DNA from: Laetmonice hystrix
Lineage: Eukaryota
NCBI GenBank assembly: GCA_965235115.1
Contig: OZ249436.1
Coordinates: 7,006,001-7,070,000 of the forward strand
Reading direction: 5' to 3'
Length of the DNA: 64,000 nt
Position numbers and translations under genes: made by a program. Below are positions 1-13,359 of this stretch, piece by piece. The notes beneath the pieces are model-generated. The model ran no database searches, was not told where the DNA came from, and was given only the letters and a program-made list of their open reading frames with translations. How positions within the stretch are numbered: the first letter of the stretch is position 1; every line of letters begins with the position of its first letter.

Positions 1-534
1 CACCCACCGCTACAACCATATTCAGACAAGAAGGTCGTTTTGGTCGTTTTCCGAGAAAAGTAACGCAATATACGAACCATTCTCCTTCATGTAACAGAAT
101 CCTCCCCGACCTAAGGACCAATCTAGGGCCGCGGGGGAGGTAAGAAACCGGATTTATTATTATGACAACACATATTATGTTTAAATGTTTTGTCTCCCGT
201 AAGAGATCCACAGAGAATCCAATATAACAGATAACAAAAGCAATCACACATTGCTCTGGTACTTTACATGTAATAACCATGCAGATTTGTCCACTTATTG
301 GTGGCATGATATTGGCCCAGGAGTACCTAAGAAGACCCTGGGAAAAGGGCACAGGTGCCAATGCTAGGTGTTAATGAACTCCCTGACACAACCGTAATTA
401 GTACAGTCGCCTTCCTGGTCACTTATACCCAGGTATGACACCAAGCGGGTAGAAATCTTGTAACTGACACCTGTAAGTTATCAACGGGTGGAAGTGATGA
501 ACCAAGTGTTGCTATCTGCAACCTTTTTACCTGC

Positions 535-989
535 AATACGGAGACATCTACTGAATATCACCTCTGAGCCGTACCTGGTACACATAATACGGAAACATTA
601 ATTTTATTGAATATCACCTCTGAGCTGTACCTGGTACACATAATACGGAGACATTAATTTTATTGAATATCACCTCTGAGCCGTACCTGGTACACATAAT
701 ACGGAGACATTAATTGTATTGAATATCACCTCTGAGCTGTACCTGGTACACATGATACGGAGACATTTATTGAATATCACTGTACTACCTCTGAGCCGTA
801 CCTGGTACACATAATACGGAGACATCTATTGAATATCACTGTACTACCTCTGAGCCGTACCTGGTACACATAATACGGAGACATTTATTGAATATCACTG
901 TACTACCTCTGAGCCGTACCTGGTACACATAATACGGAGACATCTATTGAATATCACTGTACTACCTCTGAGCCGTACCTGGTACACAT
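535..989. repeat. Minisatellite A, 8 units of 51-59 bp (AATACGGAGACATCTATTGAATATCACTGTACTACCTCTGAGCCGTACCTGGTACACAT)
   Basis: Direct tandem copies visible. Units 1-4 lack the TGTACTAC insert carried by units 5-8. Confidence 0.97.
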
Positions 990-3011
990 GAAAATGTTCG
1001 GATGTTCTATGGTAACGTTACCAACCTTATGATTCACTAAATGAGAATCCAAAGCCGACTACTTTGATTGCAGTTCTTTACAATAACGTCACGCCTCATG
1101 TTACACCATTGACACACACAGAACTAATCACCACCAGTGAGACATCAGTGTCGTATCCAGGGGAACGATCCAGGTCCCGAGTACCGTCAACTGGCCATTG
1201 TCACCTTGTTCCCAGGTGTGATCACGACGCTAAGCCCCGTGAGAACTAATCAACATTTCATCATGGTTCTTACAAAACACTTGTAAATCGTCAAACATGT
1301 ATCACCTTGTCAACTAAAGGATGTAGCTGTTAAAGATCTGAAGGAGAGCTGTTGGCTCGGCCAAGAAAACTTATGATGAAACAATGCAGTTTAATTAGAC
1401 GTTTTCTTGTTGAATACGGAAGGGAACCACAGAACTCAGAACTAGACCAATATCTTTAGTCTTGGTGACATGTATTCGCTAAGACGACAAACAAAATATT
1501 TTTATGATGAAATAAAAACAGTTTCCCATATACTCCTGACGACTCGTTGCCCAAGGACAAGTCTGGCCCCGAGGTGTAACAGCGTAATAACACTATTACA
1601 GTAGCAGGATCATGGCGTGGTTTGGACCGACTCAGAGCTGCTCAGTTCTATGGCCGGCAGCCAGTGGACCGAGTAATACATCTGGGTCCTTGTTTTTCAT
1701 GCTTCGGTGACGACTGCTTTCCGAAGGGTTCGGCTACAAAACATGAGTCACCACCTAACGATTTGATCAGCACTTGTCCACTTCAAGATTCTAGCTCATA
1801 TTTTGTCAACGTTTGTCTTGATGTTATTAATATAAAAACATGAACAAGTTGTCACTAAATCATTGTTAGGTTCGTACACAATGGACATTCAGTGTAAAGA
1901 CCAACAAGAAGCAAAACATCTTCAAATGTGATATTCACTTGCCCTTCCGATCCGTCATCACGACGTCTCCGCTTTCTTTTAAATGTACTCGGAAGAATAG
2001 ACATATTAAAGAGAAGGAATAAAATGTCTTCATATCCACCGTTTACTAGAGCGGCACCCAGCGTTAACCACGCCGGCTGCCGTCCATTGCCTTCTACAAC
2101 TCCAGCCATCCAGTCAGTAGTATAATGAAATGGAAGTTATCTGACGGCTCACTCCACTTTATGGGACCGGGTAAAATTTACACCCGACAACAATACTGGT
2201 CAAAGCGAAACTCCGTTTAGCTATCAAAGATGGGACAAAATGTTATTCTTTCTTATTGGGATAATTATGAACTGAACCAGAAAAGGTCTAAATTTGCGCT
2301 AACATGATGACTGAAAGTGTGCCACAGAAATATATTTACAAAATGTAATTCATTATGGAAATGACCATGCACATTATAATTTAAAAATAATTTTCCGTAC
2401 CCGCTTTCTTTGCATCCGTACGATACTCTTTTGAACAGCGATCTTTGTTAATCAGTGTAGAGTTTGGACATAACCAATGTTCCTGAAAGTGAAGGGTCAT
2501 CGTAAGTAGTATACAGAAAGCGCCCCATGAACCGGGCACCAGAGGATAACGTGTTGTCATAACTATAACATGAACTATGAATATATGTATCAGAACTAAG
2601 TCTTAATCACTAGTCTGAGCATCTCTTGAGACACCTGTTCCGTGGTTATCTACCTAAACTGTGCCAATAAGGAAATTTGATTTAATTTGGATTAAATAAT
2701 GATCCAAAGCAAACTTAAAACCTGTTCAAGCAAATGATGCGAAAATGAGATTGAATGATAGCCACGGAAAAATACGTCAGACAAAAATAAAATGCAACGA
2801 CCGAGTCCTTAGCATCGGTCTTCATTAGCTTAAGAACGTGTAATCTGTCTGAGCAACTCGTGCCTGGTCAGCCGATGGCGGGCTGGTACAGGGATGACCT
2901 CAGGGCTTGCAGTGGCCAGCCAATATTACACAACTTAATCACTTGTTTATCCACACATTCTCCCCGACTGCCACTACCATGAATAGCACAGCCTTACCCA
3001 TGTGTCAGAAA

Positions 3012-3043
3012 TTTCCCGCCAATCTGGGCTCGCTCGCCCCGCC
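3012..3043 (+). promoter_or_regulatory. Compact E2F-like (TTTCCCGC) + CCAAT + GC-box (GCCCCGCC) module
   Basis: Three consensus motifs within 32 bp (3012-3019, 3019-3023, 3036-3043). Function is inferred only. Confidence 0.3.
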
Positions 3044-6000
3044 TGCCGTCCCTATTGTCAACAGACAATGAAGGGGGGCTTGGGAAAGATGGATCATGTT
3101 GTATCAGCAAACTGCCCTGCTCACCGCTACCATAAAGACTTCAATAAAATAATATTGTTACAATTCAATATTGCTGATGAGATTCCTTCATAGTCACCAA
3201 AATGAGTTTTCCTTCCTTTCTCAATGGTAAGTTAATCATATTAATTTTTCTGTGCAGGTCGGGCGGTGTGACGATCGGCTCATCACTGCGGACACTGGGA
3301 ACGTATCGTGGATGGGGTGGGGAGGGGGTAGTTTTCTGAGAGGATGGCCAACAATCACTCATGAGATGATGACACATGACGCAGACAAGTGGAACAAGTG
3401 ATACTGCAGCATGGCCTCCATCGGAATGTCCCCTTTCCACCAGCCACTGTTGCATGGCAAAACTACTTTGCATTTCCACTTCTGACGTTTCATGCAAGAT
3501 TGAAACGTCAACATTTCAATATCTACCCCGCCCCCCGCTGATTGCTGCGTCCATTTGTCGTGGCGTCTCAGTGGAAATCAACCCTCTTAATGTCTTCCCA
3601 TCCTCCACTGAGATGTTCCATCCTTATTTACGACCCGAGGACTCTCTGCCACAGCATTAATTACTACTTTACCCCGCTACGGCCTGTACTGATTCTCCTA
3701 AAATTATGAAATGAACGCTATTAGGAAAAATGACTTTTGTTAATAGCCTTTGTAACAAGGCTGCTCACTGAGAGTCTTATCTCGCCAAGATACGTTATAC
3801 TTACTGGTAAATGTAGGTACACATCGTATTACGATGTACACTATGATCTACACACGTGAACAATCAATTTCTTCACCAATAACACAGGTCGATATACCAG
3901 TCATTTTAAAACCATTCTCAGCTTCTTTCCCCCCATTCTGTTATATTTCCAATGATTCACATTGGTTTCTGCTGATATTTGAAGTACTATTTTCATTTTT
4001 TGACATCATTTCAATGATATATAGATCTTTTCAAATGGCACATTATGGAAAGTTCTTACATTGGAATAACATGAGTAATGTTATCTCTTCCAAAGACATT
4101 TTATTTCTATAGATTGGAACAATCCTGAACGACGCAATATAACTTTAATAAATCAGTAAATCATCATCAATTATATAATCCAATATGATCGTTTTTTTCT
4201 GTCGAGCCTTCTTCTTGTACATTGTTTCTTTTCAACATTTTGAGTTTCATTATTTTTCAATAACTTTTATATCATGTTTCTTCTCCAGTCAATACAAAGG
4301 AGTTTAAAAGAAATCACAGAATAACATGGCTTCCATTCTACAGGAACAATCATCTCCGTGATACATTGGTTTAGAATGAAGTTCTTCAGATTAGTTTGTT
4401 CCGTATTCTAACAATCATCAATTGACTCATGCAAGGAGATCATTTTCACTCAACATCGTTGACATAATTAGTGACTTTATGTATTTATGCTAACTACAGG
4501 TTCGTAATTCAAAAATAAAGTGAGTCATAAAATTGATGGTGATGTCCTGTCAGATGGGCAATCTAGAATCTCTACATGTTGGAATTCCCAAACCAGCTGT
4601 TGCAATTAGTATTTGTTCATGATGCAATACCTCTAGGATCGTTAGAATCTGGTACTTGGCAAGAATTTCCCGAGAAATTATGAAGAGAAGCAGGCCGTGA
4701 TACATTTCTTGTGACCTCGAAAACACATAACATCAATATGTTCTGTGCGATTACACATGTCTGCGTGACCCATTTCAAAAATTCAACTTGAAATTAGGTC
4801 GACATGTGTCAGTGGTGCCGTGAGTGCTCGCTGAGAGAGGACACATTAATTGTAAGGTAATGGCCGTGATGGGGCATTAGGAGACGGGTCGGGACGGTCA
4901 ACTAGTGCTGAGATGACCACAAGAATGCCTCCATGTTCGACTGTGTCCATCACCAGCTGACCGCTGGCTAGTTCCATCAGTGCTCCATTGGGGACAGACA
5001 AACCAATTCATCACGACTGCTCATCATCTTCCTGCCCCTCGGTTCATCATCACAGGGCAATGTTTCAGTCTTCCCTTGACAAAGAATGTCGATCCCATAT
5101 TTCCCGTCGATCCCCATTGTCTCACAAACACTGGTCCGGCCTGGCAGTACGCTCCTCCCCATTCAACTCCCCACCGTCCTGCCCCAGTCTCGCCTTCCCC
5201 TTCAATCGTTACGCCCTCCCATGGTAGATGACTTCTTGGCGGTCGGGGTGTTTCGCCTTCATTTCTTGCCTTCGTTCTGGCAGAGCTCCCCTGCAGACTT
5301 CCCTTGTCCCAGCTGTAATTAGATCTCCACATCCGACAGTGATATCCCCCATTGAAAGCCCTCCTTCCATAGACAGTGGATTACAAATTGTGTGCACTCC
5401 TCATGCCCCCTAGGAATAGGACTAAGAAGTGGCCTCCATTTACTGCTGGCTCATCAAAAAGCGCTAGCGGTGAGGTTCTGCCTCCAAGGAGCTGCCTTTA
5501 CCAATCTTTTGTCACAGTGCTAATATTCACATGATGAAAGTCACACTTCCATGAGCACTGAGGTAAGGCCGACAGGTTATCTACGCTAGAGGGCACCACT
5601 CCCCCGCTGGTCCTCCTTACATTAATTAAGGGGTGAAATCAAGATATTATCTCTCATGCATCATTTCAAGACGTTACCCTGTCCATTTCTAGAAACTTGC
5701 AGCCAATCAAGTTAGAGTTTTTATACAAGCTTGATCGGCTTAGATGACATGACCTACTCGAGATTAATGTCGATATTTAAGACTCTACACAAGGGTTAAT
5801 GTTACCAAAGTGGCAGCTGATCATAAGGCATTCAGAGAATACCAGGGTAATGGCCTTTGATGTGCTCAGTTTACACCGGATTATCCTGTCCCTATCATTA
5901 GTCTACATGCACAGCATCTTCCTTTCGTAGAGAGCTGGAACTCTTTACCCGAATAGAAACAATGGAACATGAAGAAAAAAACGCAGGGAAAATGGGGCAA

Positions 6001-7693
6001 TTCCTCAAGACTGTTTTCGCTGTTGCTCATAAGGCAATTTGATGCAGACGCCTCGGGCGACGCCAGTGTCGGTGATGAATAGCTTTTGCTATCGCTGCGG
6101 CAACGAGTGCACTCTCTCATGAAAATGAAATACTCCTCGTGGAATTTCAGAATCACAGAGCTTTATTACAATGGTAAATAAGATTATTTATATGCCTCCG
6201 TCTTACTCTTGACATTATAATCTTTACCCAGTAAAACCCGCTTCACGGACACTTGGCGCAGAAATTTAATGTTCAACTGAGACTTCTTCTTCTCGCAAAT
6301 GAAAAATGACAATATTATGTTTTAATTGAAATAATAAGAAATGATAACCTCAGGAAGAGGTTGTACATCAAATTGATCAGGGTAAATTTATAAAGTTTTT
6401 GGTCCCTTGAGCTTCCATGATCCTACCTAAAATGTCTTGTTAACTTAGGGTTATTCGGCAACAACAACTTAGCTTAAGTACTTCATCTTTCATTGACTTT
6501 TTAAGTATTAATTATTTAAACTAATTAATTAGAATTTAACGTTGCCTTTGGACATATTGCTGTTGATCTCCAGGCCCTGGTCATGCTAAGCCTGTTATTC
6601 TCAATCTCACAAACAGTTTTCTGGCCTGTGCAGCACCGTGACTCATCTTGACGCTAGACTGAAAGTTTCCCTTCACATTGTCAAACAGTCACCCTTAGCT
6701 ACCTTGTAGTTACAGTAAACCCAGCACTGATGTTATTCGCCACGGTTACTTAGGTAGTAAGAAAGAGTGTTTTCTCTTCATTTGACCTTAGATTCATTGA
6801 ACCATTGGTGTTTTAATATAGAAAGTCTACCAATAATCCACACTTGAATATCTCTCAGCAGGCTGGTTTTCGAGGTGCCAATTAACCCTACTATATTCCG
6901 AATATGAAACATGTTCGTATTTATAAACTCATACATCATTATTATGTATGTCAGGGATCATTGCTCAGTGTAAAGGTAGCGACACTACACTGCCTCTGTC
7001 CACAGAGCATACTCTGCTTAAAATGACTTTGTAAATGTACATATTATGATATAGAAGTGTAATGGTGGAGCGTATGGCAATATGTGTATTTAGTTATTAG
7101 GCCCAGCTGAAGTCTGAGATATTTTCGGAGTTTCTCTCCTCATGAAATATTCATACAAAGCCTTACACTTAATTCAATCCAGGGCAGAATAATATCGGCT
7201 TGTTCAAATTACCGTACGTAATTTAAACCCTCGTCGAGCGTTTTTTCTAAGCAAGCATGGTCTTCTCCTCATCAATATGAGGGATGCTCAAATTACATTC
7301 AAACTTGGGTCATTATTCTTTTTCTCTGCTATCCAGAAAGCGAATTTTCCTTAGAAAGTGAACTCTTCTCAAACTGGAAGGCAAAAAGTGACGTACTTAA
7401 AGACACAACTGTGTACATGACTGGTTAACAAGCTCCCTACCAATTTCCTTTCCATCCGGACTTAAAGCGTTAACCTTTAGCAAACAAAACTGTCACAAAA
7501 TGACTTTGAATTCACCAGGATGTGAACATGATGCCGTAATATGTCTCAGGATAGATATACACCTGTGCTCTGGAAGCAGCTGGGGCCAGCTTCATTTGTT
7601 TGTAGGTGCCGCGCGTAACTAAGTAATTTGGGAGGTTAACCTTGCCGTTTCATGGTGGGAATGTTGGAATATCTCCTCTCCAATATCGGACCT

Positions 7694-8227
7694 TGTTGCG
7701 GCACGATATGTCCGCCTGGCACGATATGTGCCCAGTACGATATGTCCGCAGTTTTCTCCCTAAAACGACACTATATGTCCGACCGGCACGATATGTCCGC
7801 GTTTTTCAAGCAAAATGGCACGATATGTCCACCCGCCACGATTTGTCTGCAGTTTCTTTCCTAAAACGACACAATATGTCCGCACGGCACGATATGTCCG
7901 CGTTTTTTTTCAGAAAAAGAACATTTTTAGTTGACATGAATAAGGGACTCTATTCAGAACTTATATTATATTTGTGTGGGGGGCGGTGTGTGTGTGGATG
8001 ATCACATATGTATGTAGTTTCTATCAAAGTTTCCGTAAAAGCCGAACAGAATAATGTCATATCGAACAAATTTTGCGCAACATCTGTCGGATATAATATT
8101 ATCGTGCCGGTTTTGCTGGAAAAAAAACGCGGACAGATTATGCCGGTTGGACATATTTGGGGGGGGGGACTACGGACATATCGTGCTGGGGACATATCGT
8201 GCCAGGCGGACATATCGTGCCACAACA
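7694..8227. mobile_element. Non-autonomous TIR DNA transposon (MITE), Ginger-like, 534 bp
   Basis: 59-bp TIRs (7694-7752 and 8169-8227) match at 55/59 positions. Termini are TGTTG...CAACA, flanked by the 5-bp direct repeat GACCT (7689-7693, 8228-8232). A GGCACGATATGTCCGC motif is reiterated subterminally. No coding capacity. Family assignment rests on the TGTNR ends and TSD length. Confidence 0.85.
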
Positions 8228-8658
8228 GACCTTGCCTTAAGAAAGATTAGGGGCGATGCCTGACCAGGAGAAGCCCGGGGAAGCCGAGAGGGAGCATCAG
8301 GAATGTAATTGATAACCAAGCATTATTTGACTGGTGAACTACTTCTTGATTCCGCTGTCCTTTTTAAATAAGCAAATTCATTGGGGCCTTATTACAGGTC
8401 GTTTACAGTGATTAATTCACGGAGAAAGCTCATAAGATGCAATTGATGGTTCCTGGGACGCCTAGCTCTGACCGTCGAACGAATCACAAGGTGACAGTAC
8501 CAAACCACAGATCACATAGCGGCCATCCCTCCCCTGCCTGAGAACCATGAATTGATGGCCAGCCATAGCCTCATCAACTCTCATAGCCCCGGTACAAACA
8601 CACACCGGCCTCCCTCGGCCTGTTGCACACACCATTCCACAACTCGGCCATCACTTAC

Positions 8659-8675
8659 ATAACAACACAGATATC
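8659..8675 (-). other. Candidate 17-nt micro-exon
   Basis: Minus strand reads TTTTTCCTCCCCCCTTCACGTCTAG|GATATCTGTGTTGTTAT|GTAAGTGA, with a strong pyrimidine tract and consensus donor. No transcript evidence. Confidence 0.2.
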
Positions 8676-10759
8676 CTAGACGTGAAGGGGGGAGGAAAAA
8701 ACAGTTTTGTATTCTGCCTGCCATTCCCGCGTGTAAAACAGAGGGTAAAATAAATGAGCGACAGGAATAGTTACCCCCGACCCTTCGGGGGTTTGGGGGT
8801 TTATGTGTCTGTGTGTGATAACGACGGGTATTGACGGAGCCCCGCTCACTCCATCAACCCACAGGTCGGCTGATGCCACAGGCTTTGAGAAAAAATAAGA
8901 GAAACGTGTGAAGGATCTTACACAGCACTGTCACCACGATTGTCATGTTTCAGATCACCAAAACAGAATATCTAAGAAAACAATATCTACCAAATCACAG
9001 ATGTAAAAGTTTGACTTACATCTCGAAAGTGTTAAAACAATACTAGTAAAAAGGGTTGTCTAAATGCAGTAATGATGGAACCTCTTTGACTGAGCAACCT
9101 CAGGGAGAGAATCAACATCTGTCACAAGTTGTGACTACACATCGTTTAGATTACAACTGAATAATATTCCACCAGGATCTGACGGTGCCCTGAGAACACG
9201 ACCGCGTCAGTAGCTGTGGAAGACTTGAAGATGAACTCCTCATCTTCAGTCCCCAATCTTTAGATACTTGAAGCCCCATCAGGAAATTGATGAGCTGTGA
9301 AGAATCTGGGTCAATATTACAAAAATCACAAATTTGATGCCCTCATGCTGCACCCTCATTTCCTGGCAGGATGCACAGCCTCCAAAGGTCATCCATCTCA
9401 GCTATCCCGTCATGCCCGTCTCTTCACCACCGCCAATGAACATTTGTTCCGAGTCGCATTTATTTATACTTGTGAATCCCACGAAGCTGCAAGCTTTATC
9501 TGTATATCCCTTTCCACTTTGTGATGATAGCGTGGAAAAAAACCTGGCAGCATCAATAAATGCCAAGTGGGCGTCCATTTTCAGACATGTCCCTGCATAA
9601 CCAAACTGAAGCCATGAGGAAGCCAATATTTACCATTGTAATTCAGTGAATCATAAATCGTGTGTTCTCGGCCAAATCATTACAAACATGGTGGCATTGC
9701 TGCCCTAGTCATGCACCTACTGGGCCGCTACTCCATGGAATTCCATTAATCTCATACTTTAATTTGGTCACTCATTCTAAAATCTTGTAGCCCATGGCAA
9801 TGCATAATGAGATCTGCGTGCATTTAACTAATTGACGGTAGGGCTGGAAGGCATCATGCATGGCATTAAAAGCCAGACACCACTGTTAGGAACATACTGG
9901 TCTGTCTCAGCCACAGACTGTTTTAGGTTCCCGCAGAAGAACCAAAACAATTTAAATAGTTTCACTATGTGAAGTATAAGCTCCTGAGATAGATTAGTCG
10001 TTCAGATAACGATTTCAATTCGTATTAAAAGCACAGAAAGCTCCACCCAAGACATTTTAGAGGCTGGCGGCTGGGTGACATCGGTCCGAATTAACTTGGG
10101 CCGGTTGGGAGGTAATCCTATTTTAAGCCATTAGATTAAGCCTATCTAGTAACCGTGGTAACGACTGGTGGAGGGAGACCGTCAGACCTCCGTGGCCTGC
10201 GACATTCCGACCGAGAGTTAATATTTAATTCTAGCCCATCAATTAAACCTAAACTGTTGCCCCCGCAACAACTCTCTTGTGTGTCCGACTACTCAATTTT
10301 ACCCATTAAAATCAAACCATTTCAAGGTCAGATGAGTAAAGGTCAGGAGTCAAAAGGACAGTGCACGCGTCCCGTGACCTTCAGTGTACATTTGGTAATG
10401 GAAAACGACCATCAACCAACAATCGAGTAGCAGGTCAACGTTTGATGCCATTTTTGTCCACGTTATTGGAAGGACTGACACTGAACTGCCATTTGGCTGG
10501 CCCAAACAGCAAGTCCACAGAGACCATCCATCTCTGCCCAAGGTCATAATGAAGCGGGGTTGAGTGCATTATGGGTATGCATTTGTTCTGATGGAGTCAC
10601 GGGTGGTCGCCTGAGATATATTAGTAATTCCTTGCCATCCTGCATGAGTGTGCAGGGGAGGCTTGAGGTCGTCACCATGGGAACACCCTAACACCCTAAA
10701 CCCTACCCCCTTTACACGCCTTGATAACTACACTTTACGCTACCATGCCAACCCAAACA

Positions 10760-10773
10760 GTCGCCATAGCAAC
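10760..10773. promoter_or_regulatory. RFX X-box consensus GTCGCCATAGCAAC
   Basis: Full 14-bp match to the GTYNCCATRGCAAC-type X-box. Confidence 0.3.
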
Positions 10774-12477
10774 ACCCTGACAACTGAACACACCACAGTA
10801 AACCAAGTAAAGCGCATGACTTTATTCGGTTCCGCTTCCGCCTCAAGGAAACCACGCCTACCGACTTCCCAATAGTTACTGCAACTCGGAGAGGACGTTC
10901 ATTTGAGAATTCAAATTCTGACTTTGAGCTCTAATTCTTTATCTGGTACTGGCTACTTAACGCTCTTGGTGGGGCATATGAAAACCCCCATGGATTTTAG
11001 AAGTACATTCCTAAACTAATAAACTACAATATGATTTTAGAAGGTGAACTCTCATATCGACGTGGCCCCATGTAAGCACTTCCTTAGATCAGCTTGGTGT
11101 CATTTTCCATTAACGACTCCAACCATGATGCTGGACTTATGCGTCTTCAAACAGAGCAACAGTGCTATCATAGTATCGGAATGTAATGGTAATTACTGGG
11201 ATGCCGGTTAATATACATAACAAAGGCGCTGCGGGACCAATGATGATGGACAGAACAGCACTACATGGCACTAGAGCAGCACTACACCAATCTGAGCTAA
11301 CACTGTGGTGTCATCCTTGGTCAATTCCTACTTTCATGATGTTTTCCCGCTCCACAATTAGAGGCACTAACTTTACCCAGAAGAGTCATTCAGAGCATCC
11401 ATTAGCACCACCAGCCACTTCAAAGATGCCTTTACCGCTGCTAGAGGCTAGACTGAGAGTGGAGAGAAAAATCAAAGGCTACCCATCACACAGCAAGCCG
11501 AGAAGGCTCCCTCTGCCCCAGTTCCCGCCCACCGGTTCTATTATTTTCCGAGGCACAATCTATATGTACATATATAACATTAGTTCTGTTAGATTAGATA
11601 CTTGGGTGAAAAAGTAACGGTGTAACTTGAGGAACTTGACCATAGTTACTGTAACACATAGCTACTGTATGAACATTTGTTTCAGTAGCAAATAAAACTA
11701 TAAGAAAATATACCAGCAAAAATTACGAATCCAATATCCTTTTTTAAGTAATTGAAAGTCATACAGAGCAGCTCATACAGAGCAGCTTGAGAAATCTGAT
11801 GAAGTGTATTTCTCCGTTTTATGGTATACGGTGAAGATACAGTAATTGCCGGGAGTGAGATCAATTTCTGGCCAAGATTATGTGCATGTCTGGAACCCAT
11901 ACATCATTGCATCTTCACCGCCGTTGTATTAGTTCAACATCTCAAGTGTTGCAATAATCCCATCAAGCAGCTAATCAGTCTATTTAATCTACCTTTCACA
12001 CCGCCCTTACAAGATGAATACCAGCGGAAAAAAGGACTTAGTCAGCCTATTATGTTCTGATGAATAAGAGGTTTTCGAAGTCAGAATGATATGAATAAGT
12101 TTCAGACGGTTGGCACTGGAAGAAACTGCCTGTGACTGTTTCACTGATGTATGATCTAAACTCCTGAATATTTCATGACTGCAGCCAATCAGTCTTGGGG
12201 TCATAATTGAGCTAAAACAAGGCATGACACTGATGGTTATATTTATCACTATCTGCAGACATTCAATCAAGGATCTTATATTGTGGACACTTAAGCCGGT
12301 GCCTCCTTTCTCCACATAAAAACTTACAACAATCATCATCTTATTTTCTTCTCCTTTCTCATATCCTTACTGAGGTCATTGGTCCTTCCTCGACTGATCA
12401 ACTGTTTGCATGGTGGTGCTGGTTTGATGGATTGCCCTGATTACTCGGCACGCAACGCTCATGTCGACTGAAGAGAC

Positions 12478-12615
12478 GGCAGGAGTTGGTGAATATGGCA
12501 GGAGTTGGTGAATACGGCAGGAGTTGGTGAATATGGCAGGAGTTGGTGAATATGGCAGGAGTTGGTGAATACGGCAGGAGTTGGTGAATATGGCAGGAGT
12601 TGGTGAATATGGCAG
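12478..12615. repeat. Minisatellite B, 7 units of 19 bp (GGCAGGAGTTGGTGAATAY)
   Basis: Direct tandem copies, varying only at the last base. Confidence 0.97.
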
Positions 12616-13004
12616 CTCCGAGTTCCAACTGCACGGAGGCATCGTCTGGGTTGGTTTGTCTCCGACCAACATTAGCTGGTCGGTCATTACAAATCCCAGC
12701 AGGTTTCAATAAGTGATCGTCGTGGATCACGATATAATGGAAACGCTCGCACTCCAAACACGTTTCTATCAACACATCTCATTGGTCAGTATCTGCACAG
12801 ATAAAGACACCAAGAATGTGGCCAGACAAATCTCTTATTTCCTTGTCACTAAATCCCGTCTAAAGGTATTGTTATACGGACAAAGGATAATTACAGGAAT
12901 GTGGGATTAAAGTTTGAGGGTTTATTCAGGGGATCGCCATATTTTGATGGCACGACATGTGAGCCGGGGGAAATATAACAACCTGTCGTTCGCCTGAAGT
13001 GTTC

Positions 13005-13359
13005 TGAGAGCCAGTCTACTGTTATTGGTAGTTTGAACGCTCCGTGAGAGCCAGTCTACTGTTATTAGTGGTTTGAACGCACCGTGAGAGCCATCTACTG
13101 TTATTGGTGGTTTGAACGCACCGTGAGAGCCAGTCTACTGTTATTGGTGGTTTGAACGCACCGTGAGAGCCATCTACTGTTATTGGTGGTTTGAACGCAC
13201 CGTGAGAGCCATCTACTGTTATTGGTGGTTTGAACGCACTGTGAGAGCCAGTCTACTGTTATTGTTGGTTTGAACGCACCGTGAGAGCCATCTACTGTTA
13301 TTGTTGGTTTGAACGCACCGTGAGGGCCAGTCTACTGTTATTGGTGGTTTGAACGTACC
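13005..13359. repeat. Minisatellite C, about 9 units of 39-40 bp (GAGAGCCAGTCTACTGTTATTGGTGGTTTGAACGCACCGT)
   Basis: Direct tandem copies. Confidence 0.97.

Noticed and set aside
1260-2330. Coding-looking decayed stretch, including ORF 1855..2109 with KRKRRRR
   Set aside because: Multiple stops in all six frames and no recognisable domain. It could be an old TE or virus relic, but this is unsupported without a search.
3840-4800. AT-rich, purine-biased minus-strand region resembling a decayed ORF
   Set aside because: Frequent stops in every frame and no identifiable motif.
12109-12131. TTGGCACTGGAAGAA, similar to miR-263/183-family mature sequences
   Set aside because: The 3' end diverges and there is no complementary arm to form a pre-miRNA hairpin.
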